Positions 14,122 through 31,545 of a DNA stretch of 64,000 nucleotides are shown in pieces (positions within the stretch are counted from its first letter, which is position 1; every line of letters starts with the position of its first letter). Below the pieces are notes generated by a model. That model worked only from the letters and a program-made list of their open reading frames with translations, was not told where the DNA came from and searched no databases. Source of the stretch: Octopus vulgaris (Eukaryota); NCBI GenBank assembly GCA_951406725.2, contig OX597821.1:20212001-20276000 (forward strand), given 5' to 3'. A program made the translations under genes and the position numbers.

Positions 14122-15269
14122 AATCTCTAATTCTTTTCTTTTAAATATAAAATTTTAATCCAGTTTCTTGACAATGTCACCGTAACGACAAAATCAACAA
14201 AAATGCTCAGTGCTTCGGGATTATTTCTCAATAACTTTCTTCTATTTTAAATGACGTAATCAAATTCATTAGTCTTGATTTATTCGATATCACCTGCGAC
14301 GAAACTGATTTTAGTAAAGTTGATCTTTATAACAGCTCTATCACGGAACAGCATAGGATAAAATAAAATGTATCACCAACAAAACTCTAACAACAACGGA
14401 TGCAAAACCAGGAAGTCTAGAAGGTTATCACATAATAATCCCAACAGATAAGAAACAATCACATACATGACAGCATAATAATATTGTCTACGTTACCAAT
14501 TCTTTCGTTTGCAGCTTCCCATCCTTTCAAATATTTTGATACTGGCCGGAAAAATTAATTCTCCCGAGAACTTGGATGCCATCGGACCATGCACTTACAT
14601 AATATTCATGTTATGTTTTTTGGAGAGCAGGTGCCTTACAAGTTCTAGTGTTTCTCATAAACTGAAATTGCTTTGGCGTATAAGTAACCAATTGAAATAG
14701 TTATACACGCATAATATTTAATATCAACTGAAATTTGAGCTATTGTAAATTCTGTATACTCCCTTCTTGGACATAGAATGAGGTATCTGCTTCAATAGTG
14801 TGAATATTTATTGGTATTTCATCAGTAAATGATTACACTTACTTAATTCTCCTTGGTGAAATTTTATATATAATTCTAATATGGGGATAATTAAATTGGA
14901 ATACGCTAGTTCTCATAATTGAAATATTCTTGGAACATGGTTGGATTGTAAAATTCCCGGATGGATAGCTATTGTATTTCCTAAAGTTAAGACTACAGGA
15001 GGTGTTGAAATGTCACATTCGTTACACTGTCGGGCAAAATAATTTGTGGTATTTCGTACACGGGTTTACTTCAAATCTTGCCGGCATTAAATTCACCTTT
15101 TATTCCTCCGGGTGTTAGGCGCGTTAAAGTTAACTACTTGTGCCAATGATATCGACGAATCTCTTTCTCTTAAAATTGCTGGCCTTGTGATTAAGTCGGA
15201 AACCGTTATTCTGTTATAGGATGAATTTATTAATGTTTATCAATACTACTCGATGTTGTTGTTCTTTAT

Positions 15270-15550
15270 TCCTTCTCGAGGCAAACCTGGCTCATAAAGG
15301 CCGGTTTGCCGGTTTCATTAGCGTATAAGTTCCCCACATGGACAGGACACCGTTACGTCTCAGGTGAACTGCTAGAATGAAAGAAAGTTGTGGCGAAAGA
15401 GTCAGCAGAAACTTGCCATTAACTTGTGCTGGAGTCGCGGGAAGCGTATGTGTTTTGCTCAAAAGCACACATATCGTACGCTCTCAGACTCGAACCTGCG
15501 ATCCCTCGACCACAACCCCGCTGCTCTAACCACAAGGCAATGTGCCTCCC
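15270..15550 (-). mobile_element. tRNA-derived SINE (family-1-like head)
   Basis: The minus strand reads ggcacattgccttgtggttagagcagcggg..gcaggttcgagtc (A and B boxes). Confidence 0.65.
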
Positions 15551-16628
15551 CGCCAACTTTAAGACACCTCATCCTATTGCCCTCTGCCCTCCAACCCTAC
15601 GCCAAGCTACCAACAGATTGTGCCCCCCACTATCCATGACTTCATCCCCTCCTCCCGTTGTCTACCACCACCTCCAATCTCAATTTCCGCACTCCTCGCA
15701 ACCCCACCATTTACTTCCTTCCCCAAATCCATAAATCCAACGACCCTGGACGCCACATCGTCTCCGCCTGTAATTGTCTCGCGGAACAGTTCTGAATACT
15801 TCGACCATGTTCTTGCCCCTCTAGTGGCTTCTCCGCCTCATACATCCACGACACTAATCATGCTCTTCGTCTCTTAAACTCTTTCTCCTTCCCTCTGACA
15901 CCTCTAAACTTGTCTTCACTCTTGATATCAAGAGTCCATATACGGTGATCCCACACCACAAAGGACTTCTTGCCCTCAAACACTTCCTAGACCTTCGATG
16001 CAACCCTCAACCTGACACGTCCACACTTCTTCGTTTGGCCGAACTTGTTCTCTCCTTCAACTGTTTCTCGTTTACGGCAATTTTTACCAAAAATTCTCTG
16101 GTGTGGCCATAAGAACGAGAATAGGGCCTCAACTTAGTGAACCTGTTCGTTGGCTAGGTTGAGGCCCAAATATTTTCAAGATTCACTCGTCCCACTCCCG
16201 AAATATACGGTCGTTAATTGATTATTATATCGGTAAGCATTCGCTCTCCCGCGAACGACTAGATACCTTCTTCTTTTTGTCTAATCCTTCTATCCTGCTC
16301 TCGAATTCTCCTGCACCATTTCCAGCACTTACGTCGCCTTTCTCGACATTTCGGTTAACATACACGACTCCGCTCTCATTATATCCATCCACAACACACC
16401 GACTCCCACACATAACTCAACTTCTCCTCCTCGCACCCTATTCACGCAAAGCGCTCCATGTTCTACTCCCAATTCCTCCGTCTGCGCAGGCCCTACACTG
16501 ACATCTATGACTTTGAGACTCAGTTTCAATTCATGACTCGACACCCCATCCTTCGTGGTTATCCCCTCACCACTATCTATGCCGCCCTAGCTAGAGCACG
16601 CTCCGTAGACTGTGCCTCTGATCTCTCT
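15551..16628 (+). pseudogene. Penelope-like element reverse transcriptase remnant (frameshifted)
   Basis: YFLPQIHKSNDPGRHIVSACNC, SEYFDHVLAPLV, YIHDTNHAL, FTLDIKSPYTVIPH, PFLDI and LRGYP all match PLE RT motifs. Confidence 0.85.
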
Positions 16629-17548
16629 CCCAGCACGAGAGAGGAACTCCGAGTTTGGGACTGTGTCTTACCTACCACGTTATTTTCAAAAGCTATTTCA
16701 AGTAGTTCATGCGGAAAGTGGGTTTTGTGTTTTGGCGTTGCGTTCTTAAACTGTCCAAATCTCTTGGGTGTACAGTAGCGTTAGCAATACAACTGTCTAA
16801 CTTGATGACCTACGTTTTGCCTCTGCTCTCTCACACAGATTTGCACACGCCCGGATTCTGAGCTTTCCTTAGTGACAAGTATGTTGATTTTGTCATTGAG
16901 GGTTACACGTCTGGAGAGTGTGATGCTTAGTTACGTGAACTTATCAACAACCGTCAGGGTTTCTCAATCGACAGTGGTAATTAGTTACACATACGGCTTT
17001 TGGTGTTGGTGAGAGGAGATTGGCATATTACCTCAGTCTTCTGAGTACTGACTCTGAGACCAAAGTTGTCTCGGGCAATGGAGAAATCACTTCATATTTT
17101 GTTGCATTTGAGCCTCTGTCGTGATGTTGAGCGGACAGCGAAGAGGAATCGCTTACTGAATCCTCTTTCACCTTAGTCTCGGCCTGTATCGTCCGCAGTC
17201 TGCCATCAGCCTTGAACCTTATATTGATGCTGGTTTGCTCGTCGTTGCAAAAGACATCCAGCTGTGCGGCTGAAGACATCATGGTGGACAATGCAGCTGC
17301 GAGTACACAGCTCTGCTTGTCTCCGTTAGTGACTGGGAATGAACTGAAAGAATATCTGTTGTCCAGTACTCGAGCGAATGAAACTAGTACCATGTTGAAT
17401 TTGTCGCGGAAACCGGACTTTTCTATGGATTTCGAAAGGCCCTCACAACTGACAATGTTAAATTAGGTCCACGAACGTCATTTATATATCCCTGTCCAGT
17501 TCCTGGCACTTCTCCAGAAGTTGACGTGCCGCAAAGAACATTTCAGCT
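16629..17548 (-). pseudogene. RTE-clade (BovB-like) RT fragment, inverted segment
   Basis: MFFAARQLLEKCQE..MTFVDL, FPVTNGDKQSCVLA, IRFKADGRL..QAETKV, LLTLLY, VPNSEFLSRAG. Confidence 0.85.
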
Positions 17549-17750
17549 CTCATACTGCTCTCTCTAGTGCCTCACTGACGCTCTTGGAGGTGCCCCGTCT
17601 TCCGTGTAATGAATGAGGACACATTCAAAACCTCACTAAAGTACGTTGAGCTGAACCCGGACACGAGGAAAATACAAGCGTGAGAGTGCCCTGCCTGGCA
17701 GAGCTGCACCAACAGAAGTATTACCTCCTTGCCTTCAGGCCCACCCTCAG
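17549..17750 (+). pseudogene. RTE-clade ORF C-terminal segment (non-inverted part of the same insertion)
   Basis: RSLGG..DTFKTSLKYVELNPDT...ECPAWQS resembles the RTE C-terminal signature (G.R..GG...RYKD.LK..LK...I....WE..A.DR..WR). Confidence 0.65.
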
Positions 17751-18565
17751 GCACACATATATATACATACTCAGGCAAGTATTTAGCATGAGCATGTTAA
17801 GATTATTAAAAATGATAGAGAGGTCATGATTCAATGCGAATTATCATCTGTTGAAACAGGGGCTCGTAACTCTTCTCAACTTTCTTGGTTTCTGGTTGGG
17901 TAGCTATGACTAAGGAGGAACACAATGAGTCCAAAATGCTGCTGTATCGCAAAGTCCTCTTACACCGATGAAACACCTGTATTATGAACACACGTTGTCC
18001 GAGATTAGTGGGTATGCTCTGTTGAGAAAAGCAAAAAGAAAACGAAAGAAAATTAAAAAAAAAAGAAAAACAGCCGCAATTAGATACGGTTGAAACTGCC
18101 AGAGCGTATTTGGAATAAATAGATATGTTGTTATTATTAAGACGTTACGTTAGTCGTTGTTACGATTACCTAATGTATTTAGTTAAACACTAGCAGTATT
18201 TGCAAAAATCTATAAGTTTCTTTTGTATTACATTAAAATATTAGAAGCAAACTTTGCTAATGCGTCACAAAACACACACGGAAACACACACACACACACA
18301 CATATGTATATATATATATATGTAAGCGCAACATTCTGATATCTCTAGTTTTTCTGAGAATATACTACTCCGTTTTCAGAATGTTCATTCGTTCTCCACT
18401 GCCAACGGCAACTTTTTCAATTTACGTAACTATAAAAATGGTAATGGTATCATATGAGTAAAATAATGTCATATGTGTACGTGTATGGATATATGTGTGT
18501 GTGTGTGTGTATGTATACATATATATATATTTGTATATGTATATAAATATATATGTATGTATGTA

Positions 18566-18623
<58 letters not shown>

Positions 18624-19361
18624 TATATATATCCCCACACATATATGTGCTCAAGTATAGTTTGCATCTATCTCTGTTGATATTCGATATTATCTTTAAA
18701 ACCGAAACATGCTATAGTTCCATTAACGTAATAATATACCGTTTGTCGTTCTAGCATTTTATATACTTGTGATCCGAATTGTCTTTTGGGCTACTGTATA
18801 TTTGTGGTTGCTACGTAATTCCTGACAACATCTGTCTACCATATCCTTTCATAAATTCTTTAAGATTTGATCAACGTCCTTATTTTTTTCCTTTACTTTT
18901 AAACCATGCTGTCACAATTATTACAATATAATTCATACTTTGTGTCCTTTTCATTCTGATTTTCAAGCGCCAATATGTGTTTTCAATGAAATTTTGCTGT
19001 TATGAATAGAAAATCGATAGATTTGCTACGTTGAAGCTCCTGTATTGGAAGCATGTAGTTCATATCTCGGTCATGATATTTTATTCGCTGTTCCCTTATT
19101 TCAATTACTAGAAATTATTTGGGTTGTTTGGGGAAAGTTATCGAGAACACACTAGCTTAATATCCAGAGGGATATGTGAACGCCGCCTTCAATTTCATGA
19201 TATCGAAAAAAGAATTCGTATGAAATTGGAATGGTTATTGTATAGATGCATTTTACAATAATCGCTGATTGGGCCTAATTAGAATGCACATTATAAGATA
19301 TACAATGATCCATATATATGTATATATTCATACATACACACATATCTATCTATCTGTCTAT

Positions 19362-19414
<53 letters not shown>

Positions 19415-19484
19415 AATTTTTCTCTTTCCCAGTCTGTATGGATATAAATATATTTGTGTGTGTATGTACATATATTTGTGCGTG

Positions 19485-19516
<32 letters not shown>

Positions 19517-19556
19517 CACATACACATATAAATATACATAGAAACACACACACACC

Positions 19557-19619
<63 letters not shown>

Positions 19620-20439
19620 AGAAAGAGAGAGAGAGGGAGAGAGAGAGGAGAAAAGGGAAGGAGAGATACAGAAGAAGATAGTGATAGAGTGTTAGAGTGA
19701 ATGTTGCATTTGCCCAAACTAAACAGTTTCACGATCCTAAAAAAAAAAAGACAGAAGAAAAGATTTAATGCAGAAATATATTTTATTAGATTAGTAAAAA
19801 TAACATCATGAGCAACAACGGCAGCCAACTAATAGAATATCGATGCTATTGTTATAATTATTATTAATAATAATGTTAACAACTCTAATATCACAACCCA
19901 TGCATCACATGCGCTGCGCAATCATCAAGAGGCAATGCAATACATTAAAACCACTCACAGAGAGAACACAATCATCAGTGAACAAAACATAACGCATCGT
20001 AGACAAAGTAATAGTTGGAGAATCACTGCAAAATAATATAACAAAACGCATGCGTCATACACAATACTCAATCCCATAAAAATCGCAACACATTATGTAA
20101 TACACACAGAATACAATAAAACATATCCCACACTACAGCGAAATGACATTCTATGTAATTTCCACAGATTAATATGACATATTCTACACAACTCATGCGG
20201 AATTTATATGCATCTTACCGCCCGCCACTCATCAGCGAGGAGCGAGTATCTCTTGGAAATACGTAGCATCATATCACCAATTGCTTTTGCAGCATATACA
20301 GACGCTAGCAAGCATAGATACCCTCGAGTGAACCTACAGTAACCTAATGGAACACATAGGGTGTGAAAGGTTGAGACAGAGAACTTCACCAACAACCTGA
20401 CGATTTTCATTACATTGTTCACTAAAATTTTGATTTGGT

Positions 20440-20790
20440 TGTTTTTAGACAGTATTATTTCCTATTTACTTCTATCTAGCAATCAGAGGAAACGACTACT
20501 ATTCCCTTCAAACTTTGCATTTGTTCTCTGTTCCCTGACATCAATGCTTTGACAATGACCTATTTTTCATTTCATTTCAGACAGATTCAGCGCTGAGTTG
20601 CAGAGGCAGAAATATCGTTATAGCAAATATTCTACACAATGCTTCAGACTTACTTGTGAGTTGTTTGATCCTAACCATTTGAGCACGTCCCTTAGTGGCT
20701 GGCAATAAGTGCATCTCTGATTATCAGCCAGAATAATGTGGGAGCTTCATCGCCATGTGTTGACAGGGATTCCTTGGGGGTTGTACAAAC
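20440..20790. repeat. Unclassified interspersed repeat, copy 1
   Basis: Homologous to 26400-26570 (aaatattct..gagca(c/t)gtcccttagtggctg..gccatgtgttga..ttccttgggg). Confidence 0.65.
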
Positions 20791-21241
20791 GTAACAAAAC
20801 AAAGTTGAAGGAAATATGGGCAATTTTTCATACATTGTAGGGGAAATGAAACAGTCACTACTCAAAGACCAAAATCGTGTAACGCAGTATTATAGGTCAA
20901 CCAACTAGAGCAAGTAAAGTTCACAGTGCTCCAGTCATTCCAGGTCTTAATAATTATAAACCGAGTGCCTTACTTATTAAGCGAGGCACATTTTCTCTAA
21001 AGTATCATTCTCAAGTATAAAAATGATTCTACTCACACGGTATATATTCGAAAACACAAGGAATCAATATACTAAAGTAAAACAAAAAAGAACAAAGCAG
21101 TACAAAATTAAAGACAAGAATAAAATTAAAATATCACGTAGGATACAAAAAATAATTCTATAAAACCCATTTACGGTGAAGTTTATCTGGGTGTGTAATA
21201 GAAATTCACAAGAAACTATTGCAAACAAGATAATAATAATG

Positions 21242-21301
<60 letters not shown>

Positions 21302-21326
21302 TTAATAATAATAATAATAATAATAA

Positions 21327-21597
21327 TGGCAGAAATTCAAAAGATAGTGCTCATGGGAACTGCTCATATCCTACGCAAAATACTCTCTATGTAATCCCAA
21401 GGTTTAAAACAAACTTTTTTTTAAATTTTATTTATTTATTTTTTAATTATTTTTTTTATGTATTAGACATTCACTAGTACAACACCAAAAAAAAAACCCA
21501 AATATATGGCACAGAACTTCCAACCTGTTGTCTCTTGATGTCTCTGGGTGAGACTTGGAGCCAACTTGTACAGACATAAAGCAAAAGTCAAACATAG
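21327..21597 (+). mobile_element. R4/Dong-clade LINE, extreme 3' end
   Basis: AEIQKIVLMGTAHILRKILSM* followed by a 3' UTR similar to 37570-37795; (TAA)n on both sides. Confidence 0.8.
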
Positions 21598-21640
21598 AAT
21601 AATAATAATAATAATAACAATAATGATAATAATAATAATA

Positions 21641-22079
21641 CACACAGATAGAGAAATTAAGGGCAACAGACCAGATATAGTTGTCAGAGATCATGAAGAA
21701 AAAAAATGCTTTCTAATTGATGTATCAATACCGGCAGATGACAGCGTGTCTCTAAAAGAAATGGAGAAACTTTCAAAATACAAAGACCTGGAAATAGAGG
21801 TAACCAGAATGTGGAATCTAAAAACAGAAACAATTCCTATCATAGTAGGAGCATTAGGCATGATAAAAAAATATTCAGACAAATACATAACAAAAACACC
21901 AGGACTTACAAACACATATAACATACAGAAAATTGCACTACTAGGCACTGCACACATCCTACGCAGAACACTTTCCATACAATTACCATCAGAGCATCAC
22001 AATAAATCACAGCACATACCCAAGGCACACAGAGCTGCGCTCGGTAGTGAAGTGAAAGAACGCAATAAAAATAAAACTA

Positions 22080-22083
<4 letters not shown>
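21641..22083 (+). mobile_element. R4/Dong-clade LINE 3' fragment (RLE domain)
   Basis: RPDIVV..LIDVSIP..KEMEKLSKY..GTAHILRR; near-identical to 23003-23470; flanked by (TAA)n. Confidence 0.9.
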
Positions 22084-22142
<59 letters not shown>

Positions 22143-22150
22143 TAATAATG

Positions 22151-23573
<1,423 letters not shown>

Positions 23574-23599
23574 AAGAAGAAGAAGAAGAAGAAGAAGAA

Positions 23600-23631
<32 letters not shown>

Positions 23632-23714
23632 AGGAAGAGGAGGATGAGAAGAAGAATGGTTTCAAATTTTTTTCCACAGGGGCAGCAATTTTGAGGGAGG
23701 GGATAAGTCCGTGT

Positions 23715-25833
<2,119 letters not shown>

Positions 25834-25837
25834 AAAA

Positions 25838-26048
25838 TTCTTTCTACTGAAGGAATAAGGCCTGAAATTATGGGCGAGGGGACTAATTGATGATGTCGAC
25901 CCTAGTATTTCACTGGTATTTAACTTATGGACCCCGAAAGGATGAAAGGCAAAGTCAAACCGCGGCGGAATTTGGACTTAGAACGTAGCGAGAAGCGGCA
26001 TACCGCTAAACATTCCGTCCAGCGTGCTAAAGATTCTGCCAGCTCGCC
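25838..26048 (-). mobile_element. SINE, family 2
   Basis: gaccccgaaaggatgaaaggcaaagtc..tgctaagattctgccagctcgcc. Confidence 0.75.
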
Positions 26049-26212
26049 AGATAAAATTAGATACTATCTATTGCCTTGTTTCGTTATCTACAGCACCAAC
26101 AGTCGGTTGTTTAGCAGAGGAAATCCACTTCAGTACGTGCACGCTATTTCCATTACGTTTACATCCTGCTTTTGTTATCAGATGCTAATGATTCTGACAG
26201 CTCTATCCCTTC

Positions 26213-26311
<99 letters not shown>

Positions 26312-26317
26312 TATAAT

Positions 26318-26841
26318 GCAGTACCAGTCACTGGCTCTCATGGTTTTTTATCTTGATTAGAAGTATTATCATCTACGTTGTTTCGCCTTCGTATAAAATA
26401 TGGGCTACAGCAAATATTCTGCTCAATACCACAGATTTGCTTGTCAATTGTTTGACCTTAACCAGTTGAGCATGTCCCTTAGTGGCTGACGATATGCGCA
26501 TCTCTGATCACGAGCAGAAATAGACGGGGAGCACCATAGCCATGTGTTGAGAGGAATTCCTTGGGGTTTGGATAATTCACATCTGGAAACATGTGTGTTT
26601 TGTTGATCATCATTAAACAAACCTTTGATCGGGATGGGCTACTTGACCTGAAGAAAATTCTAGCTGGGCTCCAAATGCAAGGTCATGTGCTGATTATTTT
26701 GATATGAGATCTCCATGTCACGCCCATTCGGTTGTGATGCATGTGTCTGGTGTATCCTTATCAGACGAGTAGTCATGATGGGTATACTGGGCTTCGTATA
26801 TTTCACCCCAGTATCATTTTAATGGCATGCACTGCTCACTC
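26318..26841. repeat. Unclassified interspersed repeat, copy 2, embedded in (TAA)n
   Basis: Homology to 20440-20790, with (TAA)n on both sides. Confidence 0.65.
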
Positions 26842-27824
26842 AATAATAATAACAATAATAATAATAATAATAATTATGATAATAATATTGATGATGATGA
26901 TGATGATGATAATAACAATAATTATATTGTTTCTACTACTATTACAGCAACTATTAATCGAAGAGCTATTCCTAAAGAACCCTTGTAATATACATCGCGC
27001 TTCGAGCACTTTTGGATCCGGTGGAACACATCCCTATCAACATCCAACCCATTCTGATTTCATCCTGAAAGAGGGACAATCTAGAATTGATTACAGCCCT
27101 CGATCAGTACCTACCAATTTAGAAATGAGGATAGGAGGATTTAATTTCGGCGTTATTCGAACTCAGTGCGCAGGGTGCGGTCACGATCAGGCACGGCAGT
27201 TCTTGCCGCTATTCTAATATAAAAATTCAGCCAGTTCGCAGCCTTAGAAATATGAAAATATCAAAGAATCGTAATACTGAAACACAAACAAATAACCAAA
27301 CAAACAATCAAAAATTAGGAATTATAATAATTTCCTAATTGGGATATTGTTAATTAATTAGATCGCTTGTAGTTTAGCTAAACAGGGTTTTTGTTGATTT
27401 AAACTCTTTAATTAAATAGATTCACAAAATTAATTTGATGGCAAAGCGAAGCTAATTGAATTGCATTCTGTATTAACATGAAGAACCGATAGATGGTGGT
27501 GTGGTTGGATGAAAGAAAAAATGTGGCAAATAGCACGAAGTATTTAGTTCTGATCTTGTATGTTCTGAGATCCATTCTTGCCAAAGTAAATGCAATGAGT
27601 AACAAGAGTGTGGCAAAAGTTTAATCGATGTATCAAAAACAATATGTCGGGAAAAATATACACACCCAGATAAAATCATTCATTGCATTTAATATCTTTC
27701 CTGATAACAAAGGCAGAAGTTAAACATAATAGAAATACGGTACATATACTGAAGTGGAATTTCTCTGCTAAAGAACCGACTGGCGGTGATTTAGGTAACG
27801 CCAATATATAGCTTTTGATTTTTA

Positions 27825-28265
27825 GCAGCGAGGTGACAGAATCGTTAGCACACCGGGCAAATTACTTAGCGGCATTTCATTCGTCCTTATGTTGTGAGTT
27901 CACATTCTCAAGAGATCGACTTTGCTTTTCATCCTTTCGGGGTTGATAAATTAAATATCAGTCGAGCACTTGGGCTGACAGGTGCGATTGGCTGATGAAC
28001 TTACCTCTGAAATTGCTGGCCTTGCGCCAAACTTTAAACCAACGTATAGTTTCTAAGTTTGGTATAAACCAGCAACTGGATTGGGTGAGAGTTAGTCGAT
28101 TACATCGACACCAGTTCCTCACTGGTACTTTGTATTATCGCCTCCTAGAAGGTAACTGACGATTTCGCCGTCAGCTTGATTTGCTGTCACAATTTAAGTA
28201 CCAAAAAAAAAAAAGAGCGCCGATAAACATTTTTGTCCGACATGCTATGGATTTTGCCAGCTCAC
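27825..28265. mobile_element. Two family-2 SINEs, tail-to-tail (+ 27825-28045, - 28050-28265)
   Basis: The first reads gcagcgaggtgacagaatcgttagcac; the second ends ttttgccagctcaccacc in reverse orientation. Confidence 0.65.
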
Positions 28266-28404
28266 CACCTTTGTATCAGTATCAGTCGTACAGGGGTAAA
28301 GTAGCAGGGTCGTCGTTAAAGCGTCTGTATTCCATAGAGTAAATCTGAGGTCGATAGTATTGAATATAGAGCACACTTCAAATTTTCTAATCTTATTTCC
28401 AGCC

Positions 28405-28674
28405 CAAGCTGGAAACATCCTAAAGATCAGATGCTCTAGCACCTGATCTATCTGGATTGGGAAATCCCAGAGGATTTTTGCTAGTCTCCGACTCCGCCAT
28501 TCTCTGTCGTTTGTGCCATACCACATCTCTAGCCCCCACTTTTCCTACCTGGTCATGTTGCCACACTTTGTAATGGTTTTGGGCAAGTCTAGGGCATTCG
28601 TTTGTGATATGCGCAATGGATTCATCCACTCTATTGCAGATGCGGCACAGCGGAGACACTTGCTCATTCCTACT

Positions 28675-28676
<2 letters not shown>
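28405..28676 (-). mobile_element. R4/Dong-clade fragment (CCHC-RHD region)
   Basis: CRICNRVDESIAHITNECPRLAQNHYK..HDQVG and KILWDFPIQ; adjoins (TAG)n. Confidence 0.8.
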
Positions 28677-28726
<50 letters not shown>

Positions 28727-28899
28727 CCGGGAAAATTCTTACGTTCTGGGTCCAAGTGCCGCGGTGATAGACTTTGCCTTTTATCATTCGGAATCGATAA
28801 AAACACTACCAGTAGCGCAACTGAGACATACTCCCGGCTCCGAAATTGCTGGACTTTTGCCAAAATTTGGAACCATTATTATTTGACACTCGGGTTATC

Positions 28900-29780
28900 C
28901 TAAATACCATTTGTTTTTACTTGGAATCAGGCAATAATAAGTTGCCAAAGATTTCAAGTAAGGCTTCCTTCAGTATCTCAATGAGTCACTTTTTTGCTTA
29001 GGTTTCTTGCTGCTCCAAAAAAACTTATTTTCCGGATCATTTCACGCTTGATAGTAACTCCAAAATTATTGATGTGCTGTTCAAACGCCTTAGATACTAC
29101 TTCCAACGGTCCACTATTACCTTCCTCATACCGCAAAGTTGCTGGTATTCTTCACCTTTTCTAGTTCTTTATCTTTCACCTTCGAATTACCAGGCGTCGC
29201 AATATCAATGATCTTAACTTCTATTTCAACTTTAGCGATGATCACAATTCCTTGTTGTCTAGACTCGATGACCAGGTCAGATTGTATATTAATATCTTAA
29301 AAAATTTCCAGTCATCTACTCATGTAGAAATTTCACCAGCTGCAAAAAGGCCCAAATCTCAGGTTCACTATTGCACTCTCCACCAGGTAATTCCATTCAA
29401 CTACACGTTTACCTCTCCTCCTAATCAGAGTGAAGCATTTTGCAATACCGAATTCCATCCCAATGTTTATTGGGCACCAGGGAACGGTTCTGACCACTCA
29501 ATCAACGTGTGATTCGTTTTCACTTTTAGATCATCTATGAAAACTATAATGGAAATCTATAATGGAATCAGGACGATCACTAAGATAGTGAGAATGATTC
29601 TCCTTGGAATATACCCTTTTTTATATTGACCACACTTCGTTGTTTATTTCCAGCATACCAGTTACTCTTTCACGATGCTACATTCCATTACTTTTATAAA
29701 AGAATCTGCTATTCCAAACATCTCACAAACATAGAATGTCAGAAAATGTCAAATGATTTGTTAAAATGTATCCAAGCCTA
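28900..29780 (-). mobile_element. Heavily deleted R4/Dong-clade LINE
   Basis: The minus strand gives KKGIFQGES, FIDDLK and IIDIATPGNSKVKDKELEK. Confidence 0.65.
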
Positions 29781-30090
29781 GCAGAACTTCTTTTAGCATC
29801 TTTTGCTTTTACTCATGGTCGCTTTGTCAATAGCATGATGGCCCTTGATTCTCCAGGAAATTTTACAGAATTTTTCTTCAGCCTTTTTGCTCGAGAGGTA
29901 GCATCTCATTCTAAACAGGTTATCTCATATATCAGCAAAGTAAGTGTCTTTATTGCACCTCTCTATGGACAACGAAACATGTGAAAGTTATGCGCAGTGA
30001 TGCTTTTCAAAGTGTTTCCAGTTACATTGTAAGGATACTCGGTTGTACGTATGTGTAGAACCCAAAAATCCTGTTTATTGTATATGGTGA

Positions 30091-30128
<38 letters not shown>

Positions 30129-30176
30129 AAACAAGTCAAGATAGAGAATGCTAAAATAAATTTGTAAAGAACATTT

Positions 30177-30214
30177 CAGTACCGGTTTCGGGCATTTTGA
30201 GACCTTTTCAACTG
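30177..30214 (-). ncRNA. Minimal hammerhead-like motif downstream of a GIY-YIG-like tail
   Basis: Minus strand: CAG-TTGAAAA-GGTC..GCCC-GAAA-CCGG-TA-CTG. About 250 bp upstream, the minus strand encodes an IEIFSC..CRH-like PLE terminus (30450-30490). Confidence 0.5.
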
Positions 30215-30539
30215 TAACGATTAAATAATTAAATTTAGAAGAATTGAAAGAAAAGATTTTTAAAGTAATATTTGTATAGTGTTCAAGTATAAGTGGCATT
30301 TTTCTTGTTTCTGCCTTTCTCTGTTTCTCTTGTTACTTGTGTGTTCGAGGTCGTTGTGAATTCTTGGTAGGGTTTTTAGAAGAAGAAGGTTGATGAGGAG
30401 AAGGGGTGGAAAAATTTGGGAGTGCCTTGATTGTCGTATTTTGAATGGTCAGTGACGGCTAGCAGGAGAATATTTCTATTGAAAGATTTGTTTATGGAAT
30501 TTGCGTAGGAGTTATACTAAAAAGCATTAGTGATAAAGT

Positions 30540-30585
30540 TAAGAAGTAGAAGGTGGAGCAGGAGAAGGAGAAGAAGAAGAAGTAG

Positions 30586-30616
<31 letters not shown>

Positions 30617-30668
30617 GGAAGAAGAAGAAGAAGAAGAAGAAGAAGTGAGGAAGAAGAAGAAGAAGAAG

Positions 30669-30699
<31 letters not shown>

Positions 30700-30772
30700 G
30701 GAAGAAGAAGAAGAAGAAGAAGAAGAAGAAGAAGAAGAAGAAGAAGAAGAAGAAGAAGGAGAAGGAGAAGGA
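30540..30772. repeat. (GAA)n microsatellite
   Basis: Directly visible. Confidence 0.95.
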
Positions 30773-31272
30773 ATATATATATATATTGGCCAGCTCGCTT
30801 AGCCAGCGGGGTGGCGTCATTCGAATGCTAAAACAATGCGAACGCGTTGTGACCAGCGATGTGTAAAAACATCTGATGGTCTGGTCGGTCACGTGATCAC
30901 ATGATATATATATATATATATATATATATGTCTTACGTCTTTTGTCTGGTAGGTTGTGCTTCTAAGCATCTTTGAAGCCCTATTCACTGCGGATATTTTT
31001 AGGATACCTACAAATGTTTCACTATATTGTATTCACTAAGAGTGCTACAAGTAACCGGTATTTTGCTAATATACACAATCAATACTTATAAAAAAGATAA
31101 TTGATATCAATAATATTCGACGAGAGGCCTCCATGAATGTAATCGATACTCTAATGTTATGATTAGCTGAAATGAAGGACATAATTACTGGACATTTAGT
31201 GTCGGAAATTATGGTTTAGAAGGCGGCTAAACTCTGAATGATCCTATGTACATACGTACATACATACATACA

Positions 31273-31308
<36 letters not shown>

Positions 31309-31484
31309 GACAGAGAGAGACATATATACATATCAACATACATATATACATATATATATAATTATTTATATATAAATATATATATAGAAATTTATATATG
31401 TCTCTCTCTATATATGTATGTATGTGTGTATGTATATATATATATATATATATATATTGTGTATATATATATATACATATATAT

Positions 31485-31545
<61 letters not shown>

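Noticed and set aside
30530-30892. Poly-R/E/K/F ORFs
   Set aside because: Frames of a (GAA)n microsatellite.
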